Source of the DNA: Pseudothioglobus sp. nBUS_23
GTDB taxonomy: Bacteria > Pseudomonadota > Gammaproteobacteria > PS1 > Pseudothioglobaceae
NCBI RefSeq assembly: GCF_051201565.1
Contig: NZ_CP179200.1
Span: 390,001 to 422,000, forward strand
DNA: 32,000 nt
Direction: 5' to 3'
In this document: positions 1-9,899 of the stretch, piece by piece
How positions within the stretch are numbered: the stretch's first letter is position 1
How the letters are laid out: each line of letters begins with the position of its first letter
Made by a program: the position numbers and the translations under genes
The notes under the pieces: generated by a model
Database searches by the model: none
The model's input: the letters and a program-made list of their open reading frames with translations, nothing else
What the model was told of the DNA's origin: nothing

Positions 1-408
1 AAATCAAGTCAGCTTCGTTTTTTATATGAAGTTTTAAAAAAACTAAATTATTCTTTTTCAAGCTCAACAACCCCAGTAACTGGAATGTGGAATGGTGCAA
101 TTCAAAGAATGCCTACAGGTATACTTGAACTCCCGGTTAGTGGTTGCTATGACTATCCTGCAAGAATACTTGACTCTTGGGGATTTAGATTCTCACCAAC
201 TCGTAAACTAAATGAGAATGACTATATTGAACAATTTAAAAAAATGATGATGTTTTTTAGAGATCCTAAAGTGAATGGTGTGTTTAATATTTATGCTGAT
301 CCTTCTCAAGTTTACGATTGGAATATATTTTTTGAGTGTGTGAGCATGACTAACGAATTAACAAATACTTCTTTTTCAGAGCTAGTGAAGAAATATGAGC
401 ATTGCTAA
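1..408 (+). CDS. C-terminal part of an unidentified protein; the gene starts upstream of the window
   Basis: Frame 1 has no stop codon from base 1 to the TAA at 406-408, so the ATG at 85 in the ORF track is probably internal. It overlaps the next gene by 14 nt, which fits an operon. I recognise no diagnostic motif. Confidence 0.45.
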   Translation, partial: KSSQLRFLYEVLKKLNYSFSSSTTPVTGMWNGAIQRMPTGILELPVSGCYDYPARILDSWGFRFSPTRKLNENDYIEQFKKMMMFFRDPKVNGVFNIYADPSQVYDWNIFFECVSMTNELTNTSFSELVKKYEHC

Positions 409-1330
409 AGTTTTAATAACTGGCGGGGCTGGCTTTGTAGGAACCAATCTTGCCAATAACTTAATAAATGAAAATTATGAAGTTATTATTATTGATGACC
501 TTTCATCAAGTTATAGGGGGTCAATTAATCCTAAGGCTATATTTGTCGAGGGAAGTGTAGTTGATGATGTTGCTCTCACTGAGTGCTTTTCCTATAATCC
601 AGATTATGTAGTCCATTTGGCAGCATTATTTGCTAACCAAAATTCTGTTGATCATCCAGATAGTGATCTAATGGTTAATGGGATGGGTACTTTAAAAGTT
701 TTAGATTTTAGTAAAAGAGCTTGTGTTAAAAAAGTTGTTTATGCATCTTCATCATGTGTTTATGGCAATAAAGATATAATGAAAGAGGGTGATATAGAAT
801 TTCACCCTGATACCCCATATGCCATAACAAAATTACTTGGTGAATATTATTCTAAATTTTGGTCAAGTCAATACGATCTTGATATCGCAATCGTTCGTTT
901 ATTTAATGTATATGGCCCAGGAGATTTCCCTGGTGAGTATAGAAGTGTAATACCTAACTTTATTAAGCTTGCAACAAATAATAAGCCTTTAACCATTACA
1001 GGAAGTGGGAACGAGACTAGAGATTTTTGCTTTATTGATGATACTGTTGATGGAATCTGTTTGATCTTATTCAACAAGACTGAATCAAGTGCTATATTTA
1101 ATATTGCAACAGGAATCGGCTCATCAATTATTGAAGTAGCCAACTATATCAATTTATATTGTAATAATAAAGCAGGAATTCAATTTAATGAGAGAAGAGA
1201 TTGGGATTGTGTTATTGATAGGAGAGCAGATATAACTAAATTAAAAAACAGCTTTGGTTTCAGACCCAAAACTAGAATTAAAGATGGTATAAAAATAACA
1301 TGTGACTGGTTAGTTGATTTAAATAAATAG
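395..1330 (+). CDS. NAD-dependent nucleotide-sugar epimerase/dehydratase (extended SDR; UDP-glucose 4-epimerase or UDP-glucuronate decarboxylase-like)
   Basis: It has an N-terminal Rossmann motif (ITGGAGFVGTNL) and a catalytic YxxxK (YAITK). The 311-aa length is typical of extended SDRs. Confidence 0.8.
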   Translation: MSIAKVLITGGAGFVGTNLANNLINENYEVIIIDDLSSSYRGSINPKAIFVEGSVVDDVALTECFSYNPDYVVHLAALFANQNSVDHPDSDLMVNGMGTLKVLDFSKRACVKKVVYASSSCVYGNKDIMKEGDIEFHPDTPYAITKLLGEYYSKFWSSQYDLDIAIVRLFNVYGPGDFPGEYRSVIPNFIKLATNNKPLTITGSGNETRDFCFIDDTVDGICLILFNKTESSAIFNIATGIGSSIIEVANYINLYCNNKAGIQFNERRDWDCVIDRRADITKLKNSFGFRPKTRIKDGIKITCDWLVDLNK

Positions 1331-1334
1331 CTTT

Positions 1335-2576
1335 ATGAGTACTGAGCCTCTAAACAAAAAAATATTATTGCTAACTTATGCTTTTCCTCCACTTCAATCT
1401 TCTGAGTCCTTTCTAAGTATTAAAGCCCTAGCAAAAATAGAAAATATAGATATAGATATTCTTACTATTGATGCTAGGAAAATTGGATATGATTTGGATA
1501 GTTCTCTTGATACTTATACGAATAAGTATTTTGGAGAGATTTATCGAGTAAGTCCCTCTAGATTTATCTCCACAAAACTATTTAAATTCCTACGATATGT
1601 TCCAAGTTTTCCAGATAGATTTAGATTTTTTAATAGCAGATTGTTAAAAAAAGCTAATGAGATAGGCATTGAGAATTATGATTCAATTTTATCTTGGTCC
1701 ACATGGCATTCTATTCATCTAGTAGCAGCATCAATTAAAAAAAGACATCCATCAATTCGATGGGTGGCCCATTTAAGTGATCCTTGGGCTGATAATCCAT
1801 TTCTTACAAGATTTTTTGGATACAAAGCTTCTCAATATTTTTTGGAAAAAAAAGCACTTTCTTCTGCAGATGCTATTAACTTTACAACTAATAGCATTAG
1901 GTTGTTAGTAATGAAAAAATATCCTAAATCATGGATCAATAAAACATTCGTAACACCTCATTCATTTGATAATTCACTATACCCACGAAACGTGAGTCCC
2001 AAAAAAAATAATGGCTCTTTTGTAATCAATTACTTAGGGAATTTTTACGGACCCAGAAATCCAAAAAACTTAGTAAAAGCATTAATACAGATTCATAATG
2101 AAGATAAAGATCTATTAAGTAATGTTGTATTTAGATTTGTTGGAAAATGGATAGGAAATGAAAATTGGTTGTCAACAATTACTGAACTGCCTGATGGTTT
2201 AATTCAAACAAGTCCTCCAATATCTTATAAGGATTCACTTAATGAGATGGCACAATCGGACTTACTACTTATTTTAGATGCTCCATTTGAATCTAGCGTT
2301 TTTTTCCCAAGTAAGCTTGTAGACTATATTGGTGCAAGGAAACCAATCTTTGCTATAACACCAAAAGGAAGCTGTTATGATATTTTGAAAGAGGTTGGAG
2401 GTATTTTGGCGTCCCCTCAAAGTGTTGATTCTATTAAAGATGGCATTATAGAAGCGATAACTAAATTAAAAAAAGGTGAGCTTATTTTTCCTTCAAAGAA
2501 AAAAAGTGAAAGATATTCAAACTCTTATGTGTCAGAGGAGTATGAATTGTTATTTAGAATAATTTTAAATAATTAA
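1335..2576 (+). CDS. Putative GT-B fold glycosyltransferase (GT4-like)
   Basis: The 413-aa soluble protein begins KKILLLTYAFPP like the first strand of GT-B enzymes, and sits in a glycan locus. The family assignment is by eye only. Confidence 0.5.
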   Translation: MSTEPLNKKILLLTYAFPPLQSSESFLSIKALAKIENIDIDILTIDARKIGYDLDSSLDTYTNKYFGEIYRVSPSRFISTKLFKFLRYVPSFPDRFRFFNSRLLKKANEIGIENYDSILSWSTWHSIHLVAASIKKRHPSIRWVAHLSDPWADNPFLTRFFGYKASQYFLEKKALSSADAINFTTNSIRLLVMKKYPKSWINKTFVTPHSFDNSLYPRNVSPKKNNGSFVINYLGNFYGPRNPKNLVKALIQIHNEDKDLLSNVVFRFVGKWIGNENWLSTITELPDGLIQTSPPISYKDSLNEMAQSDLLLILDAPFESSVFFPSKLVDYIGARKPIFAITPKGSCYDILKEVGGILASPQSVDSIKDGIIEAITKLKKGELIFPSKKKSERYSNSYVSEEYELLFRIILNN

Positions 2577-2634
2577 TTTCTTTGATTAAGGTGATAATTT
2601 TTAATTAAGTTTCTTAAATAATTCTGATTAAATT

Positions 2635-3546
2635 ATGATAATTGCGATTACCGGCGGAACTGGGTATATAGGAAAAAAGCTTGTAGAAAATCTGCTTAAA
2701 ACGAATCATGAAATAAGATTATTGAGCCGTAAACCTATCATGAAAAATGACAGAATTAATTTTTTTTTGGGAGACTTGACTAATCCCGAACATGATTTGT
2801 CTAAATTTTTAAATGGTGTAGATATTCTTTATCATTGTGCTGGTGAACTGAAAAATGAGCATTTAATGCACGATCTCCATATTAATGGTACAAAAAAATT
2901 AATCAGAAATGCAAAAGGTAATATTTCTCTTTGGGTTCAATTAAGTAGTGTTGGTGCATATGGAAATCATCGATTTGGAACAATTTCAGAAAAATCTGAA
3001 GAAAAACCTTATGGGGTTTATGAAAATACTAAGACAATTTCCGATAGCCTGGTCATAAATAGTAATATTCCCTATGTGATTGTTCGCCCATCTAATGTTT
3101 TTAGTAAAGACATGCATAACCAGTCTTTAATTCAAATGATATCAATGATTAAAAAAGGTCTATTCTTTTTTATTGGTAAAAAGGGGTCAATAGTTAATTA
3201 TATTCATGTAGACAAAGTTGTAGATGTACTAATCAATTGTAGTTTAAATAAAAATGCTGTTGGTGAAGTATTTATTGTTTCTGAGTCAACAAGTGTAGAA
3301 AAAATGATTTTTTCATTCATGGAGGCCCTTGATAGAGATAATTACCTTATGAGAATGCCAGAATCATTTGTCAGGCTGACAGCATTTTTGTTTAGCTTTT
3401 ATCCTTACTTTCCTCTTAAAAAATCTAGGATTGATGCACTAACTTCAAGGCATACTTATAATTCCAATAAAATTAAAAATTTATTAAGTTTAGAATTTAA
3501 GACTTCAATTGAGGAGGATTTCAAATCTCTTATAAAAGAAAAATAG
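2635..3546 (+). CDS. NAD(P)-dependent epimerase/dehydratase family protein (extended SDR)
   Basis: It has the glycine motif ITGGTGYIGKKL and a YxxxK (YENTK), and is 303 aa long. Confidence 0.75.
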   Translation: MIIAITGGTGYIGKKLVENLLKTNHEIRLLSRKPIMKNDRINFFLGDLTNPEHDLSKFLNGVDILYHCAGELKNEHLMHDLHINGTKKLIRNAKGNISLWVQLSSVGAYGNHRFGTISEKSEEKPYGVYENTKTISDSLVINSNIPYVIVRPSNVFSKDMHNQSLIQMISMIKKGLFFFIGKKGSIVNYIHVDKVVDVLINCSLNKNAVGEVFIVSESTSVEKMIFSFMEALDRDNYLMRMPESFVRLTAFLFSFYPYFPLKKSRIDALTSRHTYNSNKIKNLLSLEFKTSIEEDFKSLIKEK

Positions 3547-3566
3547 CAATTATTGCCACAACTCCA

Positions 3567-4667
3567 ATGACAGTTAAGGTTTTTCTGTCTCATCAGATCA
3601 ATGCTCTGTCTAAAATTTACGATGTATCAATAATTACTAATTTAAATGGAAAACCTATTTTTTTAGAAAATATTTCAGATCAAGTAAGAGTTATTAGTAT
3701 CCCAATTAAACGGGAAATTAATATTTTCTCTGATTTTTATGTACTCTTTTTGCTTATCTATATACTACATAAAAATAAATTTTCTTTAATACATTCAGTT
3801 TCCCCAAAGGCAGGTCTGTTGGCTGCAATTTCTGCTTGGATTGTAAGAGTACCTAATCGGCTTCATACTTTTACTGGCCAAGTTTGGGTTCATAAGAAAG
3901 GAATAGCAAGGATATTATTAAAGTCATTAGATCAATTAATTATTAAACTTAATACTTTAATGTTAGTTGATAGTGAATCTCAAAAAAAATTCTTAATCAA
4001 GGAAAATTTGCTTAATGAAGAGAATGGATTAGTTCTGGGAAAAGGATCACTCAGCGGGGTGGATATAAAGCGCTTTAAGCCCTCAAAGTTTCAAAAAGAT
4101 AAATTAAGAAATAATTTAAATATACCTAATGACGGCATAGTTTTTTTATTTTTGGGAAGGATAAAAGAAGATAAAGGAATCTTTGAGCTTGTTAAAGCTT
4201 TTTTAAATGTTTCAAGAGGTAATGACAATACATATTTACTGATTGTAGGCCCTGATGAAGATAGATTGCAAGAGAGCTTATATAATTTACTCGGCAATTC
4301 ATCCAAATATTTAAGATTCATAGACTTTACATCATTACCGGAGCACTATATGATGGCCTCAGATATTTTTGTTATTCCAAGCTACAGAGAGGGTTTCGGG
4401 AGTGTGGTTATTGAAGCTGCATCTTGTGCTATACCCTCAATTGGTACTAACATTTATGGCTTAAGCGATGCTATTCAAGATGATATTACTGGAATTCTTG
4501 TTTCTTTAAAGTCAGAATCAGAATTAGAATCAGCTATGAAAAAATTAGTAGATAATGAAAAACTACGTCTGGAGATGGGGTTGCGTGCTCAAAAATATGT
4601 TTGTGATAACTTTTCGCAAGAGAAAATATCAAGTTTAATTCTGAAACTATATGAGCAGCTTATATGA
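3567..4667 (+). CDS. Glycosyltransferase family 4 (GT-B, retaining type)
   Basis: The C-terminal half has the EX7E-type region (REGFGSVVIEAASCAIPSIGT). The frame is open from 3513 and encodes KIAIIATTP upstream of the first ATG, so the true start may be upstream and non-canonical. Confidence 0.8.
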   Translation: MTVKVFLSHQINALSKIYDVSIITNLNGKPIFLENISDQVRVISIPIKREINIFSDFYVLFLLIYILHKNKFSLIHSVSPKAGLLAAISAWIVRVPNRLHTFTGQVWVHKKGIARILLKSLDQLIIKLNTLMLVDSESQKKFLIKENLLNEENGLVLGKGSLSGVDIKRFKPSKFQKDKLRNNLNIPNDGIVFLFLGRIKEDKGIFELVKAFLNVSRGNDNTYLLIVGPDEDRLQESLYNLLGNSSKYLRFIDFTSLPEHYMMASDIFVIPSYREGFGSVVIEAASCAIPSIGTNIYGLSDAIQDDITGILVSLKSESELESAMKKLVDNEKLRLEMGLRAQKYVCDNFSQEKISSLILKLYEQLI

Positions 4668-5263
4668 CCATGAAAAGAACTCTAGATATCTTCATTGTCT
4701 TACTCTCAATTCCAATAATTGCACCATTATTTATTTTTTTTGCATTTTTAATCAAAATTAATTTAGGATCTCCAGTTTTTTTTATCCAAAGAAGGCCCGG
4801 TATAAATGGAAATTTGTTTAATCTATATAAATTTAGATCTATGACTATAAGGGCAGATCTAAATTCTAATAATCTTGAAGACAGTATGAGATTGACTCGG
4901 TTTGGCAAGTTTTTGCGTTCTTCAAGCATAGATGAGTTACCGGAACTTTGGAATGTTCTAAATGGAACTATGAGTATAGTTGGACCACGCCCGCTACTGG
5001 AAGAGTATTTACCATTATATTCAGCAGAGCAATTTAAAAGGCATGAAGTTAAGCCAGGAATAACAGGCTGGGCACAAGTAAATGGAAGAAATGCGTTGAG
5101 TTGGGAGGAAAAGTTTAATTATGATATATGGTATGTTGAAAATCAATCTTTTTTCCTAGATATAAAAATTTTATTTTTGACTATAATTAAAGTTATAAAT
5201 AGGGACGGAATTTCAGCTGATGGGGAGGCAACTATGTATAAGTTCACTGGAACAAAAAAATGA
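4664..5263 (+). CDS. Small monotopic phosphoglycosyl transferase (bacterial sugar transferase family, PglC/WbaP C-terminal type); initiating enzyme
   Basis: The 199-aa protein has an N-terminal hydrophobic helix followed by SPVFFIQRRPG...KFRSM...DELPELWNVLNGTMSIVGPRP, the signature of the PglC-like family. Its start forms an ATGA overlap with the upstream stop. Confidence 0.85.
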   Translation: MTMKRTLDIFIVLLSIPIIAPLFIFFAFLIKINLGSPVFFIQRRPGINGNLFNLYKFRSMTIRADLNSNNLEDSMRLTRFGKFLRSSSIDELPELWNVLNGTMSIVGPRPLLEEYLPLYSAEQFKRHEVKPGITGWAQVNGRNALSWEEKFNYDIWYVENQSFFLDIKILFLTIIKVINRDGISADGEATMYKFTGTKK

Positions 5264-5877
5264 AAAGCATTGCAATTCTTGGTGCTAGCGGACATGGCAA
5301 GGTAGTTGCTGAGATTGCACATCTATGTGGATATGAGTCGATTATTTTTTTTGATGATAATAATAAAATTAAAAGACTTGAATCATGGAAAGTTATTGGA
5401 AATACAGATGATTTACTAGGTCGTGTATCAAGCTATGATGCATGTTTTGTAGCAATTGGTGATAATAAAATTAGGGTTAAAAAAACTGAATTACTTAAAA
5501 TTAAAAATGCCAATATAGTCTCTTTAATTCATCCTGATTCTTATGTAAGTGAATATTCCTTATTAAAAAAAGGAACAGTTGTAATGGCTAATGCATCTAT
5601 TAATCCATTCGCATCAATTGGAGAGTCTTGTATTATTAATACAAGTTCAACAATTGAGCATGATTGTTTGATTGGAAGTGGTGTCCATATATGTCCAAAC
5701 ACTGCAATAGCTGGAGGTGTAAGGGTTGGAAATAAAACATTAGTTGGTATTGGGTCATCCATTAGACAAAATATTGAAATAGGACATAACGTAATAATTG
5801 GTGCTGGATCAGTTGTAATTAATAACATCCCAGATAGTGTTTTGGCGTTTGGGGTCCCGGCGAAGATTGAAAGTTAA
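5260..5877 (+). CDS. Hexapeptide-repeat N-acetyltransferase, PglD/NeuD family
   Basis: The N-terminus (ILGASGHGKVV) is followed by a C-terminal left-handed beta-helix repeat region (IGSGVHICPNTAIAGGVRVGNKTLVGIGSSI). It is translationally coupled on both sides. Confidence 0.8.
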   Translation: MKSIAILGASGHGKVVAEIAHLCGYESIIFFDDNNKIKRLESWKVIGNTDDLLGRVSSYDACFVAIGDNKIRVKKTELLKIKNANIVSLIHPDSYVSEYSLLKKGTVVMANASINPFASIGESCIINTSSTIEHDCLIGSGVHICPNTAIAGGVRVGNKTLVGIGSSIRQNIEIGHNVIIGAGSVVINNIPDSVLAFGVPAKIES

Positions 5878-7064
5878 TGTTAAATACTAATTTTTCTCCA
5901 TGGCCGTCTTTTAGTCAAGAAGAAGTTGATGCTGTTTCTAGCGTGTTATTATCAAATAGAGTCAACTATTGGACAGGCTCTAAATGTAGAGAATTTGAAA
6001 ATGAATTCGCAAAATGGTGTAATGTTGACTACTCTGTTGCACTTGCTAATGGAACTTTGGCTCTTGATAGTGCATTTAAAGCCTTAGAGATATCCAAGGG
6101 TGATGAAGTGATTGTTACTTCACGAACTTTTATTGCTTCTGTAAGCTCAATAGTTAATGCAGGTGCAACTCCAATTTTTGTAGATGTAGATCTTGATTCA
6201 CAAAATATTGATCCACAATTAATAAAAAAAAATGTAACTTCTAAAACTAAAGCAATTGTTTGTGTTCATTTGGCTGGGTGGCCATGTGAAATGGATGAAA
6301 TCAACCAAATTGCTTCAGATAATAATCTTTTTGTTATCGAAGATTGTTCTCAAGCACATGGAGCAAAGTACAAGGGAAATCCAGTTGGTTCAATTGGTGA
6401 TATTGGATGTTGGAGTTTTTGCCAAGATAAAATTATATCAACTGGTGGTGAAGGCGGAATGGTAACTACAAATAATAAGAATTTATGGAAAAAAATGTGG
6501 TCATACAAGGATCATGGTAAAGATTTTGACTTAGCCCATAAAAGAGCTCCTTCTAATGTTTATCGATATATACATGATTCATTTGGAACCAATTGGAGAA
6601 TGACCGAAATGCAAGCGGTAATTGGACTGTTACAACTTAATAAAATGGATTATTGGCATAAAAAAAGAAATGAAAATGCAAATCAAATCTGGCAAACAGC
6701 AAGAAAGTGTCGAGCGCTCAGAGTGCCAATTTTTGGTAAACACGTTCAGCATGCAGCTTATAAATGCTATCTATTTGTTGAAAATTCCTTAATTAAATCA
6801 ACTTGGGATCGTGAAAGGATTATTAATGAAATTAAAGATTTAGGTGTTCCATGTTATTCTGGAACAGGTTCAGAGGTCTATCTCGAAAAATCTTTTGAAA
6901 ATTCTCAATTTAGACCAAAGATAAGGCTGCCTAATGCAAAAAAATTAGGCGAAGATTCACTAATGTTTCTAGTACATCCTACTCTCTCTAGTTTTGAAAT
7001 AAATAAAACTTGCGATGCAATTTCAAATGTTATGAGCAGAGCAGCAAAAGAAAATGATAAATAG
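5877..7064 (+). CDS. DegT/DnrJ/EryC1-type PLP-dependent nucleotide-sugar 4-aminotransferase (PglE-like)
   Basis: It has the family pattern, including the Schiff-base lysine context SFCQDKIISTGGEGG. It sits between the acetyltransferase and the 4,6-dehydratase. Confidence 0.85.
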   Translation: MLNTNFSPWPSFSQEEVDAVSSVLLSNRVNYWTGSKCREFENEFAKWCNVDYSVALANGTLALDSAFKALEISKGDEVIVTSRTFIASVSSIVNAGATPIFVDVDLDSQNIDPQLIKKNVTSKTKAIVCVHLAGWPCEMDEINQIASDNNLFVIEDCSQAHGAKYKGNPVGSIGDIGCWSFCQDKIISTGGEGGMVTTNNKNLWKKMWSYKDHGKDFDLAHKRAPSNVYRYIHDSFGTNWRMTEMQAVIGLLQLNKMDYWHKKRNENANQIWQTARKCRALRVPIFGKHVQHAAYKCYLFVENSLIKSTWDRERIINEIKDLGVPCYSGTGSEVYLEKSFENSQFRPKIRLPNAKKLGEDSLMFLVHPTLSSFEINKTCDAISNVMSRAAKENDK

Positions 7065-8934
7065 ATTTGTAAATCTATCACGATATAACAAGCAATTAGT
7101 CATGTTTTGTGTAGATTCTATCGTGCTTATTTTAGTATTGTTAGCGGCATTTTCAGTTAGATTGGGTTACTGGTACTTTCCAACTAATGAATTAACTTGG
7201 TTGATTTTTGGATCCCCAGTAATAGGTATTCCGATATTTGTTTATTTCGGGTTATACACAGCAATAATTAAGCATATAGGTTTTGATGCTCTATGGCGAG
7301 TTGCAAAAGCTGCTTCACTTTATGCCCTAATATGGGGAATTATTGGGTTAATGAGCCAAGTTAATGATCTTCCTCGCTCAGTAATTTTAATCAATTGGGT
7401 TCAATCTATTTTGGCTATTGCGGGTCTTAGAATTACTGCCAGGTGGATATTGTATGGTTCAAAACTAAATGCTGATAAGAACGAAGGTACAAAGGTGCTA
7501 ATATATGGTGCTGGAGATGCAGGACTTCAATTGGTTTCAGCACTCATGAGATCGAAGCAATACACTCCGGTTGGCTTTATAGATGATTCAGAAGATTTGC
7601 AAGGAAAACAACTTTCTGGCCTGAATGTTTACTCATCAAAAAAAATTGAAAAATTATTATTTTCATCGAAAGTTGATGAGATTCTTATAGCGATGCCTTC
7701 AGTTTCAAGAAATAAAAGGAGGAGCATCCTTCAAAAATTAGAAAAATTACCAGTTACAGTTAGAATTTTGCCTGGAATGTCTGAACTTGCTCAAGGAAAA
7801 GTTAGTATTGATGATTTGAGAAAAGTTAATATTAAAGATTTATTAGGAAGAACGACAGTTAAACCCAATGAAGATTTATTAACTAAAAATATTGAAAATA
7901 AGTCCATAATGATTACTGGTGCTGGAGGCTCAATAGGATCTGAACTATGCCGACAGATTATTTTATTAAAACCTAAAACTATAATCCTATATGAAATTAA
8001 TGAATTGGGTTTATATAATATTGAAAGGGAGCTTCTGAATGTCAGAGGTCCTGAACTTGAAATAATTCCAATTTTGGGCAGTATTAATAATAAAAAAAGA
8101 CTTAATGATGTTTTAAGTCTATTTAATATAAATACAATATATCATGCTGCTGCATATAAACATGTTCCTATGGTGGAATATAATATTACTGAAGGAATCA
8201 ATAACAATATCTTTGGAACGCTAGCTTGTGCCCAAGCTGCGATAGATAATTTTGTTGAAACATTTGTTCTAATCTCAACAGATAAAGCTGTTCGTCCAAC
8301 CAATACAATGGGTGCATCAAAAAGGTGCGCGGAGCTAATATTACAGGCTTTTGCTGCAAAAGAAAGTAAAACTAAATTTAGTATGGTGCGATTTGGAAAT
8401 GTTTTAGGGTCCAGTGGGTCTGTTATACCATTATTTGAGCAGCAAATTAAGACTGGAGGTCCTATTACTGTAACAGATAAAAACATAGTAAGATATTTTA
8501 TGACTATTCCTGAGGCAGTTCAATTAGTTATTCAGGCTGGCGCAATGTCCCGGGGTGGCGATGTTTTTGTGTTAGATATGGGTAAGCCAGTTAGAATTTA
8601 TGATCTAGCTAAAAAAATGATTCAGCTAAGTGGCTTACAAGTTCTTAATGGAGATAATCCTGATGGGGACATTGAGATAAAGATTACGGGCCTAAGACCT
8701 GGAGAAAAGCTATATGAAGAGCTATTAGTTGGCAATAATACATCTGGAACAGATAATAAATTAATCATGCGTGCAGAAGAAGAAATGATTCAATGGGTTC
8801 AACTAGAACCTATATTAGCAAATTTAAATGAAGAATTAATTAATGGTAACTTAAAAAGAATTCGTAAAATACTAATTCAACTAGTTCCAGAATATTCTCC
8901 AAAATCAAAAATTGTTGATTTACTTTATCAATGA
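7054..8934 (+). CDS. Membrane-anchored UDP-GlcNAc 4,6-dehydratase (CapD/WbpM/PglF family)
   Basis: The 626-aa protein has N-terminal transmembrane segments and two Rossmann regions (IYGAGDAG and ITGAGGSIGSEL). It also has a catalytic-region MGASK and the FGNVLGSSGSV motif typical of this family. Confidence 0.85.
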   Translation: MINRFVNLSRYNKQLVMFCVDSIVLILVLLAAFSVRLGYWYFPTNELTWLIFGSPVIGIPIFVYFGLYTAIIKHIGFDALWRVAKAASLYALIWGIIGLMSQVNDLPRSVILINWVQSILAIAGLRITARWILYGSKLNADKNEGTKVLIYGAGDAGLQLVSALMRSKQYTPVGFIDDSEDLQGKQLSGLNVYSSKKIEKLLFSSKVDEILIAMPSVSRNKRRSILQKLEKLPVTVRILPGMSELAQGKVSIDDLRKVNIKDLLGRTTVKPNEDLLTKNIENKSIMITGAGGSIGSELCRQIILLKPKTIILYEINELGLYNIERELLNVRGPELEIIPILGSINNKKRLNDVLSLFNINTIYHAAAYKHVPMVEYNITEGINNNIFGTLACAQAAIDNFVETFVLISTDKAVRPTNTMGASKRCAELILQAFAAKESKTKFSMVRFGNVLGSSGSVIPLFEQQIKTGGPITVTDKNIVRYFMTIPEAVQLVIQAGAMSRGGDVFVLDMGKPVRIYDLAKKMIQLSGLQVLNGDNPDGDIEIKITGLRPGEKLYEELLVGNNTSGTDNKLIMRAEEEMIQWVQLEPILANLNEELINGNLKRIRKILIQLVPEYSPKSKIVDLLYQ

Positions 8935-9768
8935 GTGTTCTAGTTTTTTTGCAAAATGATTGGTAGCATCTATGAATCCATCAATACTCCCACAGTCAAA
9001 TCTGTCGCCATTGAATTTTACTCCGATTACATTTCCCATTTTAGCCTGGATTAATAATGCGTCTGTAATTTGAATTTCACCATCTTTGTTTGGTGGAATT
9101 TTTTTAAGTATATCAAATATATCTGGCGTAAGTATGTAACGACCAATAATAGCCAAATTACTATTTGACTCGATAGGCTTTTCGACCATATCATGGATTC
9201 GAAAAGTATCAATAGAATTATCAACAAGATCCCCATTAACTATTCCATAATTGCTGATGCTTTCCTTTGGAATTTCTTGAATTGCAATTATAGAGCATTT
9301 GTATTTATTGTACTTAATTAGCATTTGCTCCAAAACAGATGGGCCCTTACAATCTACCAGATCATCTGCAAGAAGAACAGCAAAAGGCTCTTCCCCTATT
9401 AATGGCTCTCCAGTAAGAATTGCATGACCAAGCCCAAGCATTTTTTGCTGTCTAACATAAGTAAATGTTGACTTTTGAATTACATCTTTAATCTCATAAA
9501 GATAGTGTTCTTTGGCTGTCCCTTGAAGTTGAGATTCCAGTTCAAATGAATTATCAAAGTGATCTTCAATTGCTCTCTTTCCCCTTCCAGTAACAATTGC
9601 CATATTTGTTATTCCTGCTGATAATGCTTCTTCAACTCCATATTGTAAAAGAGGTTTTGTAAGAATAGGTAGCATTTCTTTTGGAACAGCCTTTGAAGCT
9701 GGCAAGAAACGAGTTCCATAGCCCGCTGCAGGAAAGAGACATTTTTTAATCAATTGATTATTTACCAT
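8920..9768 (-). CDS. galU: UTP--glucose-1-phosphate uridylyltransferase
   Basis: The N-terminus (KCLFPAAGYGTRFLPASKAVPKEMLPI) and the VEKP motif are classic GalU. It converges on the upstream dehydratase gene, with a 15-nt overlap of the two 3' ends. Confidence 0.9.
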   Translation of the reverse strand: MVNNQLIKKCLFPAAGYGTRFLPASKAVPKEMLPILTKPLLQYGVEEALSAGITNMAIVTGRGKRAIEDHFDNSFELESQLQGTAKEHYLYEIKDVIQKSTFTYVRQQKMLGLGHAILTGEPLIGEEPFAVLLADDLVDCKGPSVLEQMLIKYNKYKCSIIAIQEIPKESISNYGIVNGDLVDNSIDTFRIHDMVEKPIESNSNLAIIGRYILTPDIFDILKKIPPNKDGEIQITDALLIQAKMGNVIGVKFNGDRFDCGSIDGFIDATNHFAKKLEHSLIK

Positions 9769-9899
9769 TTACCATTTGATAATATTATAACTAAAGTAAA
9801 TCTAGGTTATGACATCCATTGAATACTTTACATAATTAACTTAGATTCAGGAATAATTGATATTCATCTAAAGATCATATTAATCTATAAGGAACTTTA

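Noticed and set aside
9769-9899. A JUMPStart/ops (GGCGGTAG) antitermination element upstream of the rfb genes
   Set aside because: The motif is not present in this spacer or in the other intergenic regions I read.
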